64,000 bases of DNA, taken from the NCBI GenBank assembly GCA_964016885.1, contig OZ024745.1:66092001-66156000 (forward strand), given 5' to 3'. A program made the position numbers and the translations under genes. The notes beneath the pieces are model-generated. The model saw nothing but the letters and a program-made list of their open reading frames with translations, had not been told where the DNA came from and did no database searches. Origin of the DNA: Eledone cirrhosa. Lineage: Eukaryota. Numbering within the stretch: the stretch's first letter is position 1; every line of letters starts with the position of its first letter. Of the stretch, positions 26,700 to 40,739 are shown piece by piece.

Positions 26700-29390
26700 A
26701 ATCACCATCCTCCTCATTTTACGTCCACCTTTCCTTACTTGCAAGGGTAGGATGTGTCCTCTTCAGCACAGCATCTCTCCATTTGTCATGGCCCTTTGTC
26801 ATCTCCTCTGTGAGCTTCAGCAATATGAGGTCAGCTCTCACCACCTCCGCCCATGTTTTTCGTGGTCTTCTTCTACTGCATCTTCCTTCCACTGGGATTT
26901 CTTGGCACTTCTTCACCCAGCAGTCATTTTCCATGCACATCAAATGGCCATACCAATGCAGTCTTCTCTCCTGCACTCTACAGTTTATCCATCTTATACA
27001 CAGCTTCATTCTCACTCGTCCATGCTTGGTCGTTCATGCACATTGACATTGCACATCCATCGGAGCATGCTTGCTCCATTTCTCTCCAGCCTTCGCATAT
27101 CCTCCACAGTTGCTGCTCATGTCTCACTACCATGCAGCATCGCACATCTTACACAGGCATCATATAACTGACCGTTTCTTTCGTAGGGAGAAACCCTTCT
27201 TTGTCAACAGAGGAAGCAACTCCCTAAACTTCTTCCATCCTGTCCTTATTCTAGATACTATCGCCTTGGAGCATCTTCCTCCCTTGCTAATCTGACCACC
27301 TAGATATCGGAAGCTATCAACCACCTCTATATATCCTACCTGCATTTGAAAATTGTGCCTATCACTGACACTTCTACTATCAATTTTCCCTGAACATCTA
27401 CTACATGTGAAGTTTTCCTTTCCTGTTAGTTTGCCTGCTATCTCACTACACCACTTGTGTACCCAAGATCTGCATTGTGTAAATTTTATAGAGTTTATGC
27501 CAACTTCTTTTCTACATATCGAGCATGGCCATTTCACTGATGGAATCAGTCTTGTCCTCTTTCCTACTTATTAATAATTTTGTCTTTGCTATGTTTACTC
27601 TCAGTCCCCTTGATTCTAACTACTGTTTTCACAGACCAATCTATTCTCTAGCTCCTCTACTGATTCTGCTATAAGTACCAGATCGTCAGCATAGAGAAGT
27701 TCTCATGGACAGCCAATTTTAAACTCCACTCTTATGGCTTGGAGAACTATAATGAATAAGAGTGAGCTGAGGACCAAACTCTGATTAACTGCTATTTGTG
27801 TCTGGAAATCCTCACAAAACTCCATTCCCACTCTCACTTTACTGATGCTCCTCTGTACATAGCTTGCACTGTCCTCACAAGCCATTCCTCTACACTTAGT
27901 TCCTTAGGGACCACCAGAAAGCCTTCTCTAGGTCAACAAAAGCTAAATATAGTGGCTTATTCTTCTCTAAGAACCTCTGTTGTAGATGTCTCACTAAAAA
28001 GAGGGCATCTATTGTACTTTTCCCAGGCAGTTTTATGCCCCTATAATTGCTCCTCTTCAGAGCATCCCCTTTACCTTTGTAGCAATTAACAAGAATACTG
28101 CTGCACCAGTTTTGGGGCATGTCTCCGCCATATATAACTTGATTGATATTGCTTGTAACCAATTTAGTTCCTACCTCTGGTCCCTTCAACATCTCAGCAA
28201 TTATCACTGATGGTCCAGCGGTGTTACCAGTTTTCATTTTCTTAATTGCTTCTTTGACCCTATAGTCATCATCCTCAATAGCTGGTCCCTCTGTTAGGGG
28301 TAGTTTCTCTCTCTCTCATTCATTCTCAACATTCATCAGTCTCTCATAATAATATTTCCAGTTCTCCTTTTTCTGAGCACCAGTGACGCTAAGTGTACTG
28401 GCATCATTTCAGACAAACCTATCTCCAACAACATCCTGATTTACACTGACACACTGCCTTGCAATGAGGAACACCTCACGTCTCTAATCCTCTCATTGCA
28501 GAACATTGACAAACCTCCTACTCTCTGTTTCCAATCTTTCCATGCTTGTCTTTTGTCTTTAATGACTCTCCCAACCATGTTGTTTCACCACCAAGTCACC
28601 CTCTGTCTGGTTGGAGCTTTGCTACAGCCACAAATCTATACAGTTGCATGCAGTAGGTTCTCACATAAGAACTTCCAGTTATCTTCTATATCATACAATT
28701 CTAATTTGTCTTCTTTCTTGTCATACACATCTTGTAGGGCTTTCCTAAACTTATATTTAAGTGAAAGGTCCTTACATTTAAGGTTCCAGACCTTCCTGTG
28801 TGTCTCAGGCTGTCTCTTGTTTATTGAGATGTCACTAATGACTAACCTATGTTGGGGGGGTACATTCTTCCCCAGGGTATGCCTTAGTATTTGTAACCAT
28901 CTGTCTGTCTCATTGCCTAACTACCAAGAAGTTAATCTGGCTTATGTACTTGCCTGATTGGTAGGTTATTAGGTGGTTGGCAGGTTTCCTGAAGTTAGTT
29001 CACTTATATCACAAAATTCAAGAAGCCTCACTCCTTCTTCATTTCTTGAGCCATCACCATAACCACCATGTACCCCAGTGTATCCATCCTAGAACTGTCC
29101 AACATGACGATTTAAATCATTTGCAAGGATGACCAGATCTCTGTACTCTGTCACTATGGTCGTCTCTAGAAATTGCTCGTAAAAGTGGTCCTTCTCTTCT
29201 TTACCTAGGCCAATTTGGGGAGCATGGGTAGAGATAATTGTCAGCAGTCTATTACCGACAACTAATCTAATCTTAATGATCCACAAACGTGGATGTGTGC
29301 TGCATGGCTCTAGCATCTCTACTATCTCACCAGATCTACCTCTCAGAGTGCCAACATTAAGTGTGGCAACCCTGAGATGTGTCATCTTTC
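26700..29390 (-). mobile_element. RTE LINE (family B), near ORF-length, decayed
   Basis: LRVATLNVGTLRGR start, APE motifs, LYLAFVDLEKAF, LLYADDL, C2C2-like WPCSIC insert, QERRLHWYGHL; ORF runs into the tail. Confidence 0.9.
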
Positions 29391-30887
29391 ATTGATTTTT
29401 CCTTTTTCTCTGCAATGAAAAACATTTAAAATCATTATTACTAATGTTGTTGATGTTAAATGATGATAATGATGAATTTAAAAAAATCTATTCAAATAAA
29501 CAATATTAAAAATGAGCTAATGAACATACCTCTATGATGTCACTTGGTATTTGAGAAAAAGCAGGCAAATCTCCCTCATATCACACCCTACAATCATAGA
29601 AGATAATATAGAATAATGTAGTCTTAAATACACATATAAAAACAAGATGATCATGAATGGAAAGCCTTTGCTCATAGGTCTGCTCAGTCTCCCCACCATC
29701 AACTAGAACAACAATATTACAAATAGCTTAAGAGTTGTGAGATCACAGACATGGAACACACCTTACTCTAATTAATTTTGATCTGAATACAACATGTTAG
29801 ATTTTTCTTTATTTCATCCCACCACCAAGTTTAAATAGATAAGTATCGATAAGAAACTTAGTTTGAGTCCAGCAAATATACCAACTTCTCTACAAGTCTC
29901 ACTTTTAAATATATATATATATAAAGGGAGGATCAATATTACAAATAGCTTTATCCATTATAAATAGTTTAAATCATAAATTGTCATAAGTAGTTTATTC
30001 GTCATTTGTGTAATATTGCTTTGCTGTTAAGAAGATATATCAATCTTATCCAATGAATGAATCAGAATTTGGAAACATTTCAAAATTGAAGAAATATTTT
30101 TTCTCTGTTGAAATATCCATATTTCCAGTTTGTTTTCATTCTTGAGACAAATCTTGTAATTGATAGCTTAAGACCATAAACAATTATAATTTTCATTTCT
30201 CTTTTGTTAGCATGAAGTTTACAGAACTTTATGCAATAAAAGATAGTAAAAAAAAAAAGAATAGTAATACGGAAGACTTATATTATATGAACTCAAACTT
30301 GAAAAATGATATAAAAGTAGAGGAAATTCTGGATAAGTTATCAAAGGTTACTGCCTAGGTTAATGTTGTTTGTTAACTGAGTGGAAACAGATTTTTCAAC
30401 ATTATACATCATTATTTTATATTGTTATTTAATCTGATTAAAGGTTGTTACTATTTTCCTAATGCTTTCACTGATGCAAGTGCAATACAAAAATGTTTGT
30501 AAAAATATAATAGATGAAATATTAATAGAATAGATTTCATGAGATTACTTCAAACTGAGTCATAGCATTATTGTAATGAAAGTTGCCTTCAGTTTATAAA
30601 AAATTAATACGTTATGATGTTGGTTCACTAAATATTGAAAAAGTTTTATCATTGTATATTCCCCATCACTAATATTTCTTCTTTGAATCTCTTACTTTTC
30701 TATACAAAGGACAACTTAATCTTGGTTTAGACAGTTGGAGACCAGCCATTTTAAGTATATTATATTTGAGTTCCCACACCTGAATCAACAGTTGTCAAAA
30801 GTTAGTCTAAGTGTGAGTAATTTTATTTCCCTATTCTAAATATATGTTTTATATCTTTTTTCATTAACTCACATACACACACACACA

Positions 30888-30968
30888 ATTTGAACTCAGA
30901 TCGTAAAGGGACGTAACTATGCTGGAAAGCATGGTGTATGACCCTCTACCGATACTGCCAATCCACCA
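30888..30968 (-). mobile_element. SINE family A head fragment
   Basis: Near-identical to the tRNA-like head of the 51739 copy. Confidence 0.75.
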
Positions 30969-31519
30969 AAGAAATTAATAATCACCATATATACTCGTGT
31001 AAAAGTCGAATTTTTTAGATCCTTTTTTTAAAGTTAAATTTAAGGTGTCAACTATTACATGGATACTAATTTTGCAGGGCTAGAATCCAAAGTACTGTCC
31101 ATATCAGTAGCAGAAGCTTAACAGATCTCTAAATGAATAAAAACAAAACGCAATGAATTACAGTAATATTACCAGTTCTATGCTCCAAAACACGTCCTAG
31201 TAAATAACGTAATCCGTAAACAAGGCTTCTTAGCTCTTATATATATTTTCACCGGCTCTATTACTCGTACCCATCATACTTAACAAACTAGCTTAGTGCA
31301 ATCAATTTATAACTCATAATTACTGTATATTACCATGGGTAATATATCTACTGGTGTGGTGTGCCACTGTCTACCATAATACTGTGCACATGGCTGGTAC
31401 CTTCTCAGTGTGTTTTGCCTCACAACTCTCCAATCATAATATTTTCATATTTGTGGTTAAAGTTAAACTCGGTTCTGATATGTTATTGTACAGTTCATTA
31501 GTGCGCATTTTTATTTATA

Positions 31520-31689
31520 AATAATTGTTTCTTTTGGCACAAGACCAGCAATTATCTAAGTGCACTACTGGTGCTTTATTCTATCAACCCCATAAGGATG
31601 AAAGGCAAAGTTAACCTCGGCAGGAGTTGAACTCAGACTGTGAAGAGCATGGTGTCTGACCCTCTACTGATACTGCCAATCCATCGCTC
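31520..31689 (-). mobile_element. SINE family A
   Basis: Consensus match; flanked by TATTTATAAATAAT. Confidence 0.85.
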
Positions 31690-31697
31690 TATTTATA

Positions 31698-31825
31698 AAT
31701 AATTGTTTCTACTTTTAGCACAAGGCCAGCAATTAGCAAGTACATTACTGGTACTTTATTTTATCGAATCTGTAAGGATGAAAGACAAAGTTAACCTCGG
31801 ACCATAAAGGGCCAATCCACTGCCC
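31698..31825 (-). mobile_element. SINE family A, internally deleted
   Basis: Consensus match; flanked by TATTTATAAATAAT. Confidence 0.8.
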
Positions 31826-32179
31826 TATTTATAAATAATGTAGAGAATGTTGTACCGCACCAGTGTTATTTCTACATACAGGATGATATCTTTATCTACA
31901 AATATTGATCTGTTATATGTGAAATACTACGTTCAACTTATGGCCAAAAATAATGGGTTAACATTTACATGAGATTGACTATTGAGTATATATGGTAAGT
32001 ATAGCTAATGAACCTAAATTATAATTTTCTGATGAACAGTTTGTATACTGATCGTTTCATTTTGGAAATACCAATTTGAATTTATGTGGTTACTTTAAAT
32101 CAGACAAAACTAAGGCAATTGATGATATCCAATTTATTCAAATGTTTATCTGAAGTACAACATAGTAAACATATCATCT

Positions 32180-32560
32180 CCTCTTTTTCAACCAGTTATT
32201 CCTGTGAGGGTCATGGGGGTTGAGTTCTCAAACACTTTTCCCAGCAGGTCTTGTTGGAAGCAACCATCTCCAATTAAATTGAATCCCCAAGTAGCACCAG
32301 CTGTGGGTCTTCAGCAATTCTCTCCTGAGATATTCTAACCTCATGCCCATAGTATTCAAGCTGTAAGATCTCAATTTGGAGAAATAATGGTTTTGTCTAG
32401 AGAAACTCTCTGCACACAATCTAGTGAGTAATGTTATTTCAAAAACCCTTCAGAGAAACCCCATTTTATGCACTTGTATTCACAACCCTATACTTTTGGA
32501 CATTATCCAAGATTCATGACTATAGGTAAGGGTTGGCACAAATACAAAATTCTCCAAATC
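32180..32560 (-). mobile_element. RTE (Expander-like) 3' remnant
   Basis: Homologous to 4860-5300 and 17020-17310. Confidence 0.6.
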
Positions 32561-32924
32561 ACATATTCCCTTACAGCATGACATGCTCAATTCATTTCAT
32601 CGAAGAAAAAAAATGTCCCAATAAAAAGGCAAGAACCTACCTGAATAGTTACATGTTTGCAAACGTTTATAAAATAATTCATAGAGAGAGAACAGTAAGA
32701 GCTCTGCTTGAGGGAATTTATCAATATTCAAGGGCCCTTCCTTTGCTCTCCAGACTTGTGAACTGCATAAACCTATTTTTTATAGAGATAATTTTTACAA
32801 ACATATAGTAGCTAAAGAATGAAACCCAAGGAAGAATTTCCAATAAGTTTTGTAAAGGAGACAAATTGTATAAAGCATGTGTAAAATGTATGGCACTACA
32901 TATCTAAAATAAAGTCTAAATCTT

Positions 32925-33620
32925 TATTAAGCCAGAAGGCTTGTTAGACCTGTTCTTATCATGGTTTCATGGCATGAAGGGACTAAAATTACAAACACCC
33001 CCTGCACAAAACGCCATTCCCCCATTCCATCATAGGGTTAAACCCCCAGTTATTGCTGGTACTCATTTTCAGCTGAGTATACTGGAGAAATGCAAAATGA
33101 AATTTTAGGAGAGATGGTCACCAATTTTAGAAGGCTGCGTTTTTTTACGATTTAGAGGGGAGTTCGTTTCCCTAGCTTGGTGGTAGAACATCTCTTCTAT
33201 TTGTTGTTAGGTGTAGGTAAACAATTAAGCAAAAAGAACATACCTTGAGATTATATGTACATGAGCATTTTAATCAGAGCAATGAACAAAACCGGTTATC
33301 ATATCAGTTGCTCCTTGATTGGTAATTCGTAATTATCATTAAGTGGCGGTGTTCAAATATCCCGTGACTGCAAGGTGCAATATCGCTGTTTCGCCACAGT
33401 GAAACGCGTCTGTTTGCATCAACACACAAAGTTGAAAAGAGAGGGTATTCAGCTACTGATGTCAGAACGTGACGTCAGAACTAGGGCAGTTAATCAACTG
33501 CCTCCAAAGTCAAAGCTAGGTGGCGTGATCTTCTACAAAAGGTTTTACTCAAGCCCAGGAATTGAACCCACGACATTATGATCATAAGTCTACCTTACCA
33601 CTAGGCCACGCACCTCCACA
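32925..33620 (-). mobile_element. CORE-type SINE split by a 436-bp insertion
   Basis: Head at 33545-33620 (GTGGAGGTGCGTGGCCTAGTGG..GGTTCAATTCC); CORE part at 33060-33106. Confidence 0.7.
33107..33542. mobile_element. Unclassified insertion between T-runs
   Basis: Cleanly interrupts a SINE CORE region; TTTT on both sides; internal hairpin GGCAGTT-AATC-AACTGCC (33485-33502). Confidence 0.6.
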
Positions 33621-36401
33621 CACTACATATACTGGAAATAAACTAAATTGAAAAGGATCCTCTGAATGTGGTGCATCCATAACAAAATAACCACTCACAA
33701 TCACAAGTTCTGCGGGTGCAGCTAGACATTAAAACCATAGTTACCATGAGGAATGATATAAAGATGATGTGGACATACTGTAAAATATAGGAAAACTGAA
33801 ACAAATGAGTTGTGTGAAGTAAAGAGGTATGGAATGTACATTTTGTGTGCCATCTAAGAGAAAAAAGAATGCATGTTCTAGATTAATTAAACATGAACAT
33901 ATAAAATAATACATATTAATGAATATATCAAGTTTTTCTTGAAATAGAAGTTCATCAACTGTAAAACTAAATGAAAGAATTATGAGGCACTATAATAAGA
34001 TGTAGTATATAAAACAGTCAACCCATTACCTCTGGGATGTATTCTTACATCCAAAATGATATTCTTAGAACTGCATTGTACAAAACCTTGACAGACAACA
34101 CTATGTTTTCTGGAAGATATTTTAGAAAAGCATGGTAAAGCTAAGGTACCTATATACTGTTGTAGAAGTTTTCAGATTGGTCTATAAAAACATCACTAAT
34201 GTATTTAAATTACAGTAATGTTTTCTAGATGAAAGCAATGTCAGTCGCTTAAAGGGAACAGCTGCAACAAACTGAAATGCCACAAATTCAAAAATTAAAC
34301 TAGTTTAGAATAGATTATAGTTGATTGGTCATATTAGAACACTAATCAACATGTATTGTGTATCTAATGAGAAAACTACAGATAATGAACTACACGGAAG
34401 AGATGGGCTCTGCCAAATTAAAAAAAATTACCCAAGAAACGGCAAATGCCAGTAGGGAGCCCCTACAACATCACAGAGTGACGGGTCTATACATATATCA
34501 CCAATTAACTATTGTTACATATATGATAATTATTATAATCCAGAAATGATGAAAATATACAACAAAACTGTTTAAATGTATGTTTAATTGGTGACTGTTT
34601 CTATCTAGGAGAGATATAAGTGAACCAGAGAATGCCGTATATTTTTCAGCATTAAGTCTGAAGAGGACCTGGATAAGGATAACTAGGTAATGTCAATATT
34701 ATTTGTTAAGAAATGAGCAGATAAAGTAATCGAAGTAATCAGAGTGTGAGGTTTGTGATAGGAGAATTAAGCTTAAATAATATTAGCAATTAGTGACTTT
34801 ACAATATGAAATAGATATACACAGAATCCTAAGCTGGCCTGAGAAGAAGGGTATAGAGGCTTAACATTTTCAAACAGTCAATATGTGTAGAGCACTTGAC
34901 AAGAAAGGGATTAGATGTGTTTAACAACTTGGAACTCTTATGAGACAACCTTCTCTCTCTCATTCACACACATACACACACGTACGTACACATTCACTCT
35001 TTCTCTCTCATTCTCCATGGTCCCGTTTGTTTCTGAATAACTGCAGATTCTGATGGTGACTATAGATGAACTGCAGTTGTTCATTTGTAAGTCCCAACAA
35101 AGTGTTTGAAGCCAGTAAAACTTCTGATATTCTAGCATTGTCCATGTGTGCAAGAACAAGGGGAGACACAATTTGATAAACACCATTAGAGGGCTAAGTA
35201 TAGCCATTCAAGTTGATGACCTTTACTTGGATGCTATCCAGAATGTATATTTGTATAGAAAGTGCACTTTGAATTATTCATTGAAGAGTTTACTTGTGCG
35301 TTGTGCAATAGGGTTAGAGATGTTTCAAAGATAGTGTATTTTATGGCTTTGAAAATGAAATACAGACTTTGTAATGCCATTCACAAGATTTGAAAAATAA
35401 GATAAGTTTCTGTGCTATGAAGAGAAATGACCACTGACATTTCAGTTAAGGAATTTCTCCAAAGAAATAAGACCATCACTCATTTCCACAGATTCTTGTT
35501 TTTTTTCTTCTTCTTTTTCTTTGTATTATAATCTCTTTCATGTGGGAAATGTTCTGCCATCTTGTCTACAATCACGATAAGGTATCATGGGGTATTTTTG
35601 CCTTGTTCATTAGTGAATCAATTTAGATTTTATTCATAAAGAAACAACTGAAAAGCTAGGGATTAAAATAAAATAAAGTATTAGATGCGATCTGTTTATT
35701 AATGTTTGCAAACCATCTAAAATATCTTCAAGATGATGATGATGATGATGTTAACAATGAATGCATATATATTTTCAAACTTTTAGATAAAATAGCAAAG
35801 GAAATCCATGAATAAACCGAAAACATATATCAATTTATCAACAAATAGATGTAACAGATATTTATTTTCAGCAGAAATCAATGTTTTTGTTGCTATAAAC
35901 AAGAATCTTGACACCACCTTGCCAATATCAATAAACAAAACTGATAAAAAGTAAAACAAACCAAATGATTTGATATCTAAAATACATTGTCAGAAAGTTA
36001 ATATGATATAATCTTCAATTGGTTGTATTATTTATATAAAAATTATCATTTTCTTTATTAACTAATAAAAAGAAAACATTTCTTAGAAAATCTTTCCAGC
36101 TTTTTCTCATAAATTTTTACTCAGATTGGAGTTTTTCATTAAAAGTAAAAAACAGAATGGTACAAAATGAATTTTATAAACGTTTAATTATGGTAATTCA
36201 TCATCGGCAGTATTAAGTCCATTTTCCCTTTGAACAGGTCATCACAGTCCGTACATCTCAGAGTGGCCTGAAGCTGCATACTGTTCACAGAGACAGCATG
36301 TGCCAAATGCATTTTATAAAAGCACCAGCACAAGAGAGGCAGTTATATTTTTGATTCAACTAAAGGATGTTAATCAACCAAAATCAACTCCATTATTTGA
36401 C

Positions 36402-36590
36402 GGTGAATTGGCAGTATCGGTAGAGGCTCGGACGCCATGCTTTGCAGCAAAGAGTTACGGCCCTTTATGGTCTGAGTTCAAATCCCGCCAAGGTTAACTT
36501 TGCCTTTCATCCTTATGGGGTCGATAAAATAAAGTACCAGTAATGTACTGGGTAATTTCTGGCCTTGTGCAAAAAGTAGAAACAATTATT
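36402..36590 (+). mobile_element. SINE family A with TSD
   Basis: 10-bp TSD ATTATTTGAC at 36392-36401 and 36585-36594; appears inserted in an older minus-strand SINE relic. Confidence 0.9.
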
Positions 36591-38466
36591 TGACTGATAC
36601 TTTGATGCTCCATGAAGAATGAAATACAAAGTTAATTAAAGCAGTATTGCAGCTTCTGCTACTAATGATTAAAATAAATATCTATGGCAGGATGCTGTTC
36701 CAATAGCCAACCACTTTATGGAGTGTACTGGGTGCACATTATCATGTCATCAACACTAGAGATATTGTTGTATCCTTGACACAAACAAATAATCATTTGA
36801 ATCCTTTTGTTGGCATGGTTTCTACAGTTAGATGCACTTTCAATCCCCATCCACGTTACATTGTGTACTGATTATATTTTCTGTAGCATGAGCTCTAGAG
36901 AGGCTGTTGTATCATGATTGAAGTGTTCTCTCAACCCTGTTTAATGTGGTTTTTTAAGGCTGGATGCCCTTATCAACACCAACCACTTTACATAGTGTAC
37001 TGAGTACTTTTACTGGTGAAACCATCACTAGGGAAGTTGTCAGACTCAATTGAAGAGCTCTCCCTAACGTAGAAGGGATAAAGTGCATTAAAATAATATG
37101 TCATGAGTAAGTGTCAATACACAGTGGGATAACAAGTACAGAGCCAAGGGATATGACAAGTGTGGGTGTTCATAGGGATAATGCAAGAGAGGTGAGGGAC
37201 AGAAAGTATGTCATGGGTGTATGAAAAGTATTGTGGAGTATGAGAGCAGTGGGAAGGAAGGGAAGAGGTAGAGTTTCAGAAAGAGCAGAGCATATTTTGA
37301 GGATTAAAACAGCTATGACTTGTGCATATGAATTTAAATGTTGGGGATGCTGGATTAGTTATTTATGAGTAATAATGAAGGTGGAGCAATGGTAGGTCAG
37401 TTCTCATTTACAATTTTTATACTGGTAGTTAAGTCATGATTTAAAATTAAATTGATACAATAATAGTCAATAGGTAAGGTCTTGCCTAAAGCTATACTTC
37501 CCACAGTGGGTTCCATTGTCGAATTCGTGTATCAAAACATATACAAAGCCCACATGAGTACTTTTACATGCAAATCTATCAGTAATGTTCTTTGTGTAAG
37601 CACATGTGCTACAATATATACTAATAAGTGGGGTACAAAAATAGCTGTGGAAATAATCTGAATTAAGAAGCAGATAAAATATGGTGACCAAAAAGGGGAT
37701 AAGACATTCAAGCTATTGATATTTGGCAGTCTAAATATATTACCTAGATATTTTAGTAGAAATATAAATTAAATTATGAAATGTGAAAAACAGTATAAAT
37801 GTTCTAGGAAAATTCTGGAAATTATGAAATAAATATTATAACAAGATTTTAAAGACAGATATATAATACATAGATATTTATTTTAACCATTAGAAGCTGA
37901 AATACTGTTTTTATTAATTTTGTCTTTCATTCTTCATAGGGCATCAAAGTATCAGTCAAATAATAGAGTTGATTATATCAACTAGGACCGATGCAACTCG
38001 GGTTTCTTCAAGCAAACCTCTAGGACTTGGCATTGGGTATAATGACATTGTCATCATAATCAACACCAGTTGTCATGTCTTTTATTTAAAATATATTTAG
38101 TGCAACCTTTTAAAGCGTGTTTTCTTTTTTAAAGATGGCAGTGTGATTTGAATGCAAGTTGGTTGCTATGTCTTGCAGGCTCTCACATTTGAATAGACAT
38201 TTTCTTCAAACAAATCATTGTTGTTGAAGTATTCATTAAAAAATATCGTTATTGCATTCACAGCTGCTCTCTACTTTGTTATAATTACTCTAACTGGTGT
38301 TTATATTGTCAGTATTTGGGTCTGTTGTGTTTATGTGACTTTAATTTTCGTCAATTAAATACTTTGATGGAGAAAAAAATGTTCACTCAGGATAGACATC
38401 ACTGCCTCTCACTGAACCCATCGCTTTCATTATTTTCAACATTGTTGACGATGTTATATCTTTTTG

Positions 38467-39058
38467 GGGCACTACAAAGCTATTAGCTGTCAGTGGAAGC
38501 AGCCGATGAAAGCAGGCGAAGGTGACGTCACTCGTCATACATCGTTTATTTCCGTTTTACTACCACGCGTAAGTGGAGTTTTTACGCGTTTTTTAGAGAT
38601 AGAGGGGGGGGGGGGGGGGAGGGAAGACTTAAAAGGGCCAAATTAGAAAACAAATACAAAAAGCAAATAGAAAACAAGTCATGGTTATAAAGCATATCGA
38701 TGTAAGTGGAGTTTCTAATTAACTTAAATTTTTTTTCTAATTTGGCCCTTTTAAGGGCCACCTATATTTTCATTTAAGTAACTCCACTTACATCGATATG
38801 CTTTATAACCATGACTTGTTTTCTATTTGTTTTTTCTATTTGTTTTCTAATTTGGCCCTTTTAAGTCTTCCCCCCTCTCTCTCCTCTTCCCCCTCTCTCT
38901 CTCTCTCTCTTCCCCCCCCTCTCTATCTCTAAAAAACGCGTGAAAACTCCACTTACGCATCGTAGTAAAACGGAAATAAACGATGTTTGACGAGTGACGT
39001 CATCTTCGCCTGCTTTCATCGGCTGCTTCCACTGACAGCTAATAGCGTTGTAGTGCCC
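38467..39058. mobile_element. Foldback MITE with very long TIRs (Mutator-like)
   Basis: GGGCACTACAA...TTGTAGTGCCC termini; arms about 250 bp and highly similar; 8-bp TSD TCTTTTTG/TTTTTTTG. Confidence 0.9.
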
Positions 39059-40739
39059 TTTTTTTGTTGTTTCTAATAGAATATTATCGATTTTCTCAGA
39101 AGTAAAACAAAATCAGACAAACACACACACACTGATGAACAACCCAGCACTTCCATGCTCATGCACAAGATGTCAAAAATGCTACAAAAACAATCAAACA
39201 AGCAAAAAGCGAGTGATATCCACAGTATCAGTGATTCCTTCTTATTTCATGCCCTACACCCCAGCCACAATGTCACCATCTCATTTCAGCAAAATTTGAA
39301 CTCAATAAAGCATAATAAAGAGATAAAGAGGAACTAAATACTGCAAGGCATTTTAATTAATTCCCCAATTATTCTGCTCATGATTTTGTATGTAGGACCA
39401 CATCACCTATTGTGCTTTTTCTAAGATGCTAGTATTTAATATGAGCCAGAAATTATTTTTCTATTCATCAAAAAAGGAAGTAAATTAACAATAACAAAAC
39501 GTAAGATACAAATGTTGTATATAAAGCACCATTAGTATGTGTTCTGCTAAATGAGGTAGGTGTTAGCATGAGTGTATATGATGTGAATATGTTGGTTTTA
39601 GTTTCCATATTGATAATAAGGAACTGGACAGAAAAGATAACAATAAGGACATTGATCATGTTTATTTATAGACAACTATAGAGAGACCAAGATCCTTCCC
39701 AAAATATTCTCTTCCAATGCATGTATACATCTAAGTTACATAGACACCCCTGTGTAGGAACACTCTGCTCTACGTAATAAATCTATCTGCTAAAGATAAC
39801 CACATCTTCTTCAAATCACACCCTAACATCGTCGAAAAGAGGATGTCAGCTACTAAGATCCTGTCTGTGGTGTGAATGCGGAAAAAAATAAGTCTGGTTG
39901 CAACTGGAATGTCCTTGAAGACACATTAAACTCATGCCACTTTTAAAACGATAGAAAATGATAATAGCAAAGAGGATGATTAGGCATTATAAAAATCATA
40001 TATAAGACACATAATGTATAATCTATAGTAGAGAAATAAAACAAAAGAATCAATGGAAATAATAGATATCTGTAGTAGCTGAAATCGTGTACACAAACAA
40101 AGATACAATATTTGAAATCAAACAGCATCACAGTTAACAAAATATATAATGATAGAAACAGGTCTGTTAAAAATAGTATTGGTCGAGTAATTTATGTAAT
40201 AAACTGCTGTATAAAACGGATGCACACGAGATACAGATGTGACAGATATAATTTAAAAGGACAACTAAATAATATCAAATCTACAAAACAAAATAAAAAA
40301 GGTAATGAAAGCTAATGTTACCAAGCTGAATTCCATTAGTATACTTCTCCAGCAGGAGTTGTTAATACATATGAACCCCAAGAAATGGAAGGAAAATGAA
40401 ACTTGTGATACATTATTGAATTCGTCGTAGGAAGTGAAATGTCTTAGATTATAATTTAAGAGGTTATCAGCAGCTATGTTTAAACCAAATCAACATGGAA
40501 ATTGAAATAATAATCATCATGTATATCAACAACCGCGAAAGACGAGCGTAAAGAGAGGTGGGGAAACTCATTGAATAACACAACCATTGAATTCTCTTCC
40601 AAGCTTATTCAAACCAATTTAAATGTTGCTACTCCGATAGAAAAATCTATTTCATATATCAATGGGTGTCGAATTGGTTACTTCAAGCAAATTACCGTCA
40701 GGCGTCTGATAAATTCCCAAATCATTTTCACACCTTAAA

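Larger units (their letters stand above)
30985..31995. mobile_element. Non-autonomous Tc1/mariner-superfamily (Tc2/pogo-like) DNA transposon carrying two nested SINEs
   Basis: Terminal inverted repeat CCATATATACTC (30985-30996) / GAGTATATATGG (31984-31995); TA at the right flank, CA at the left. Confidence 0.65.
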
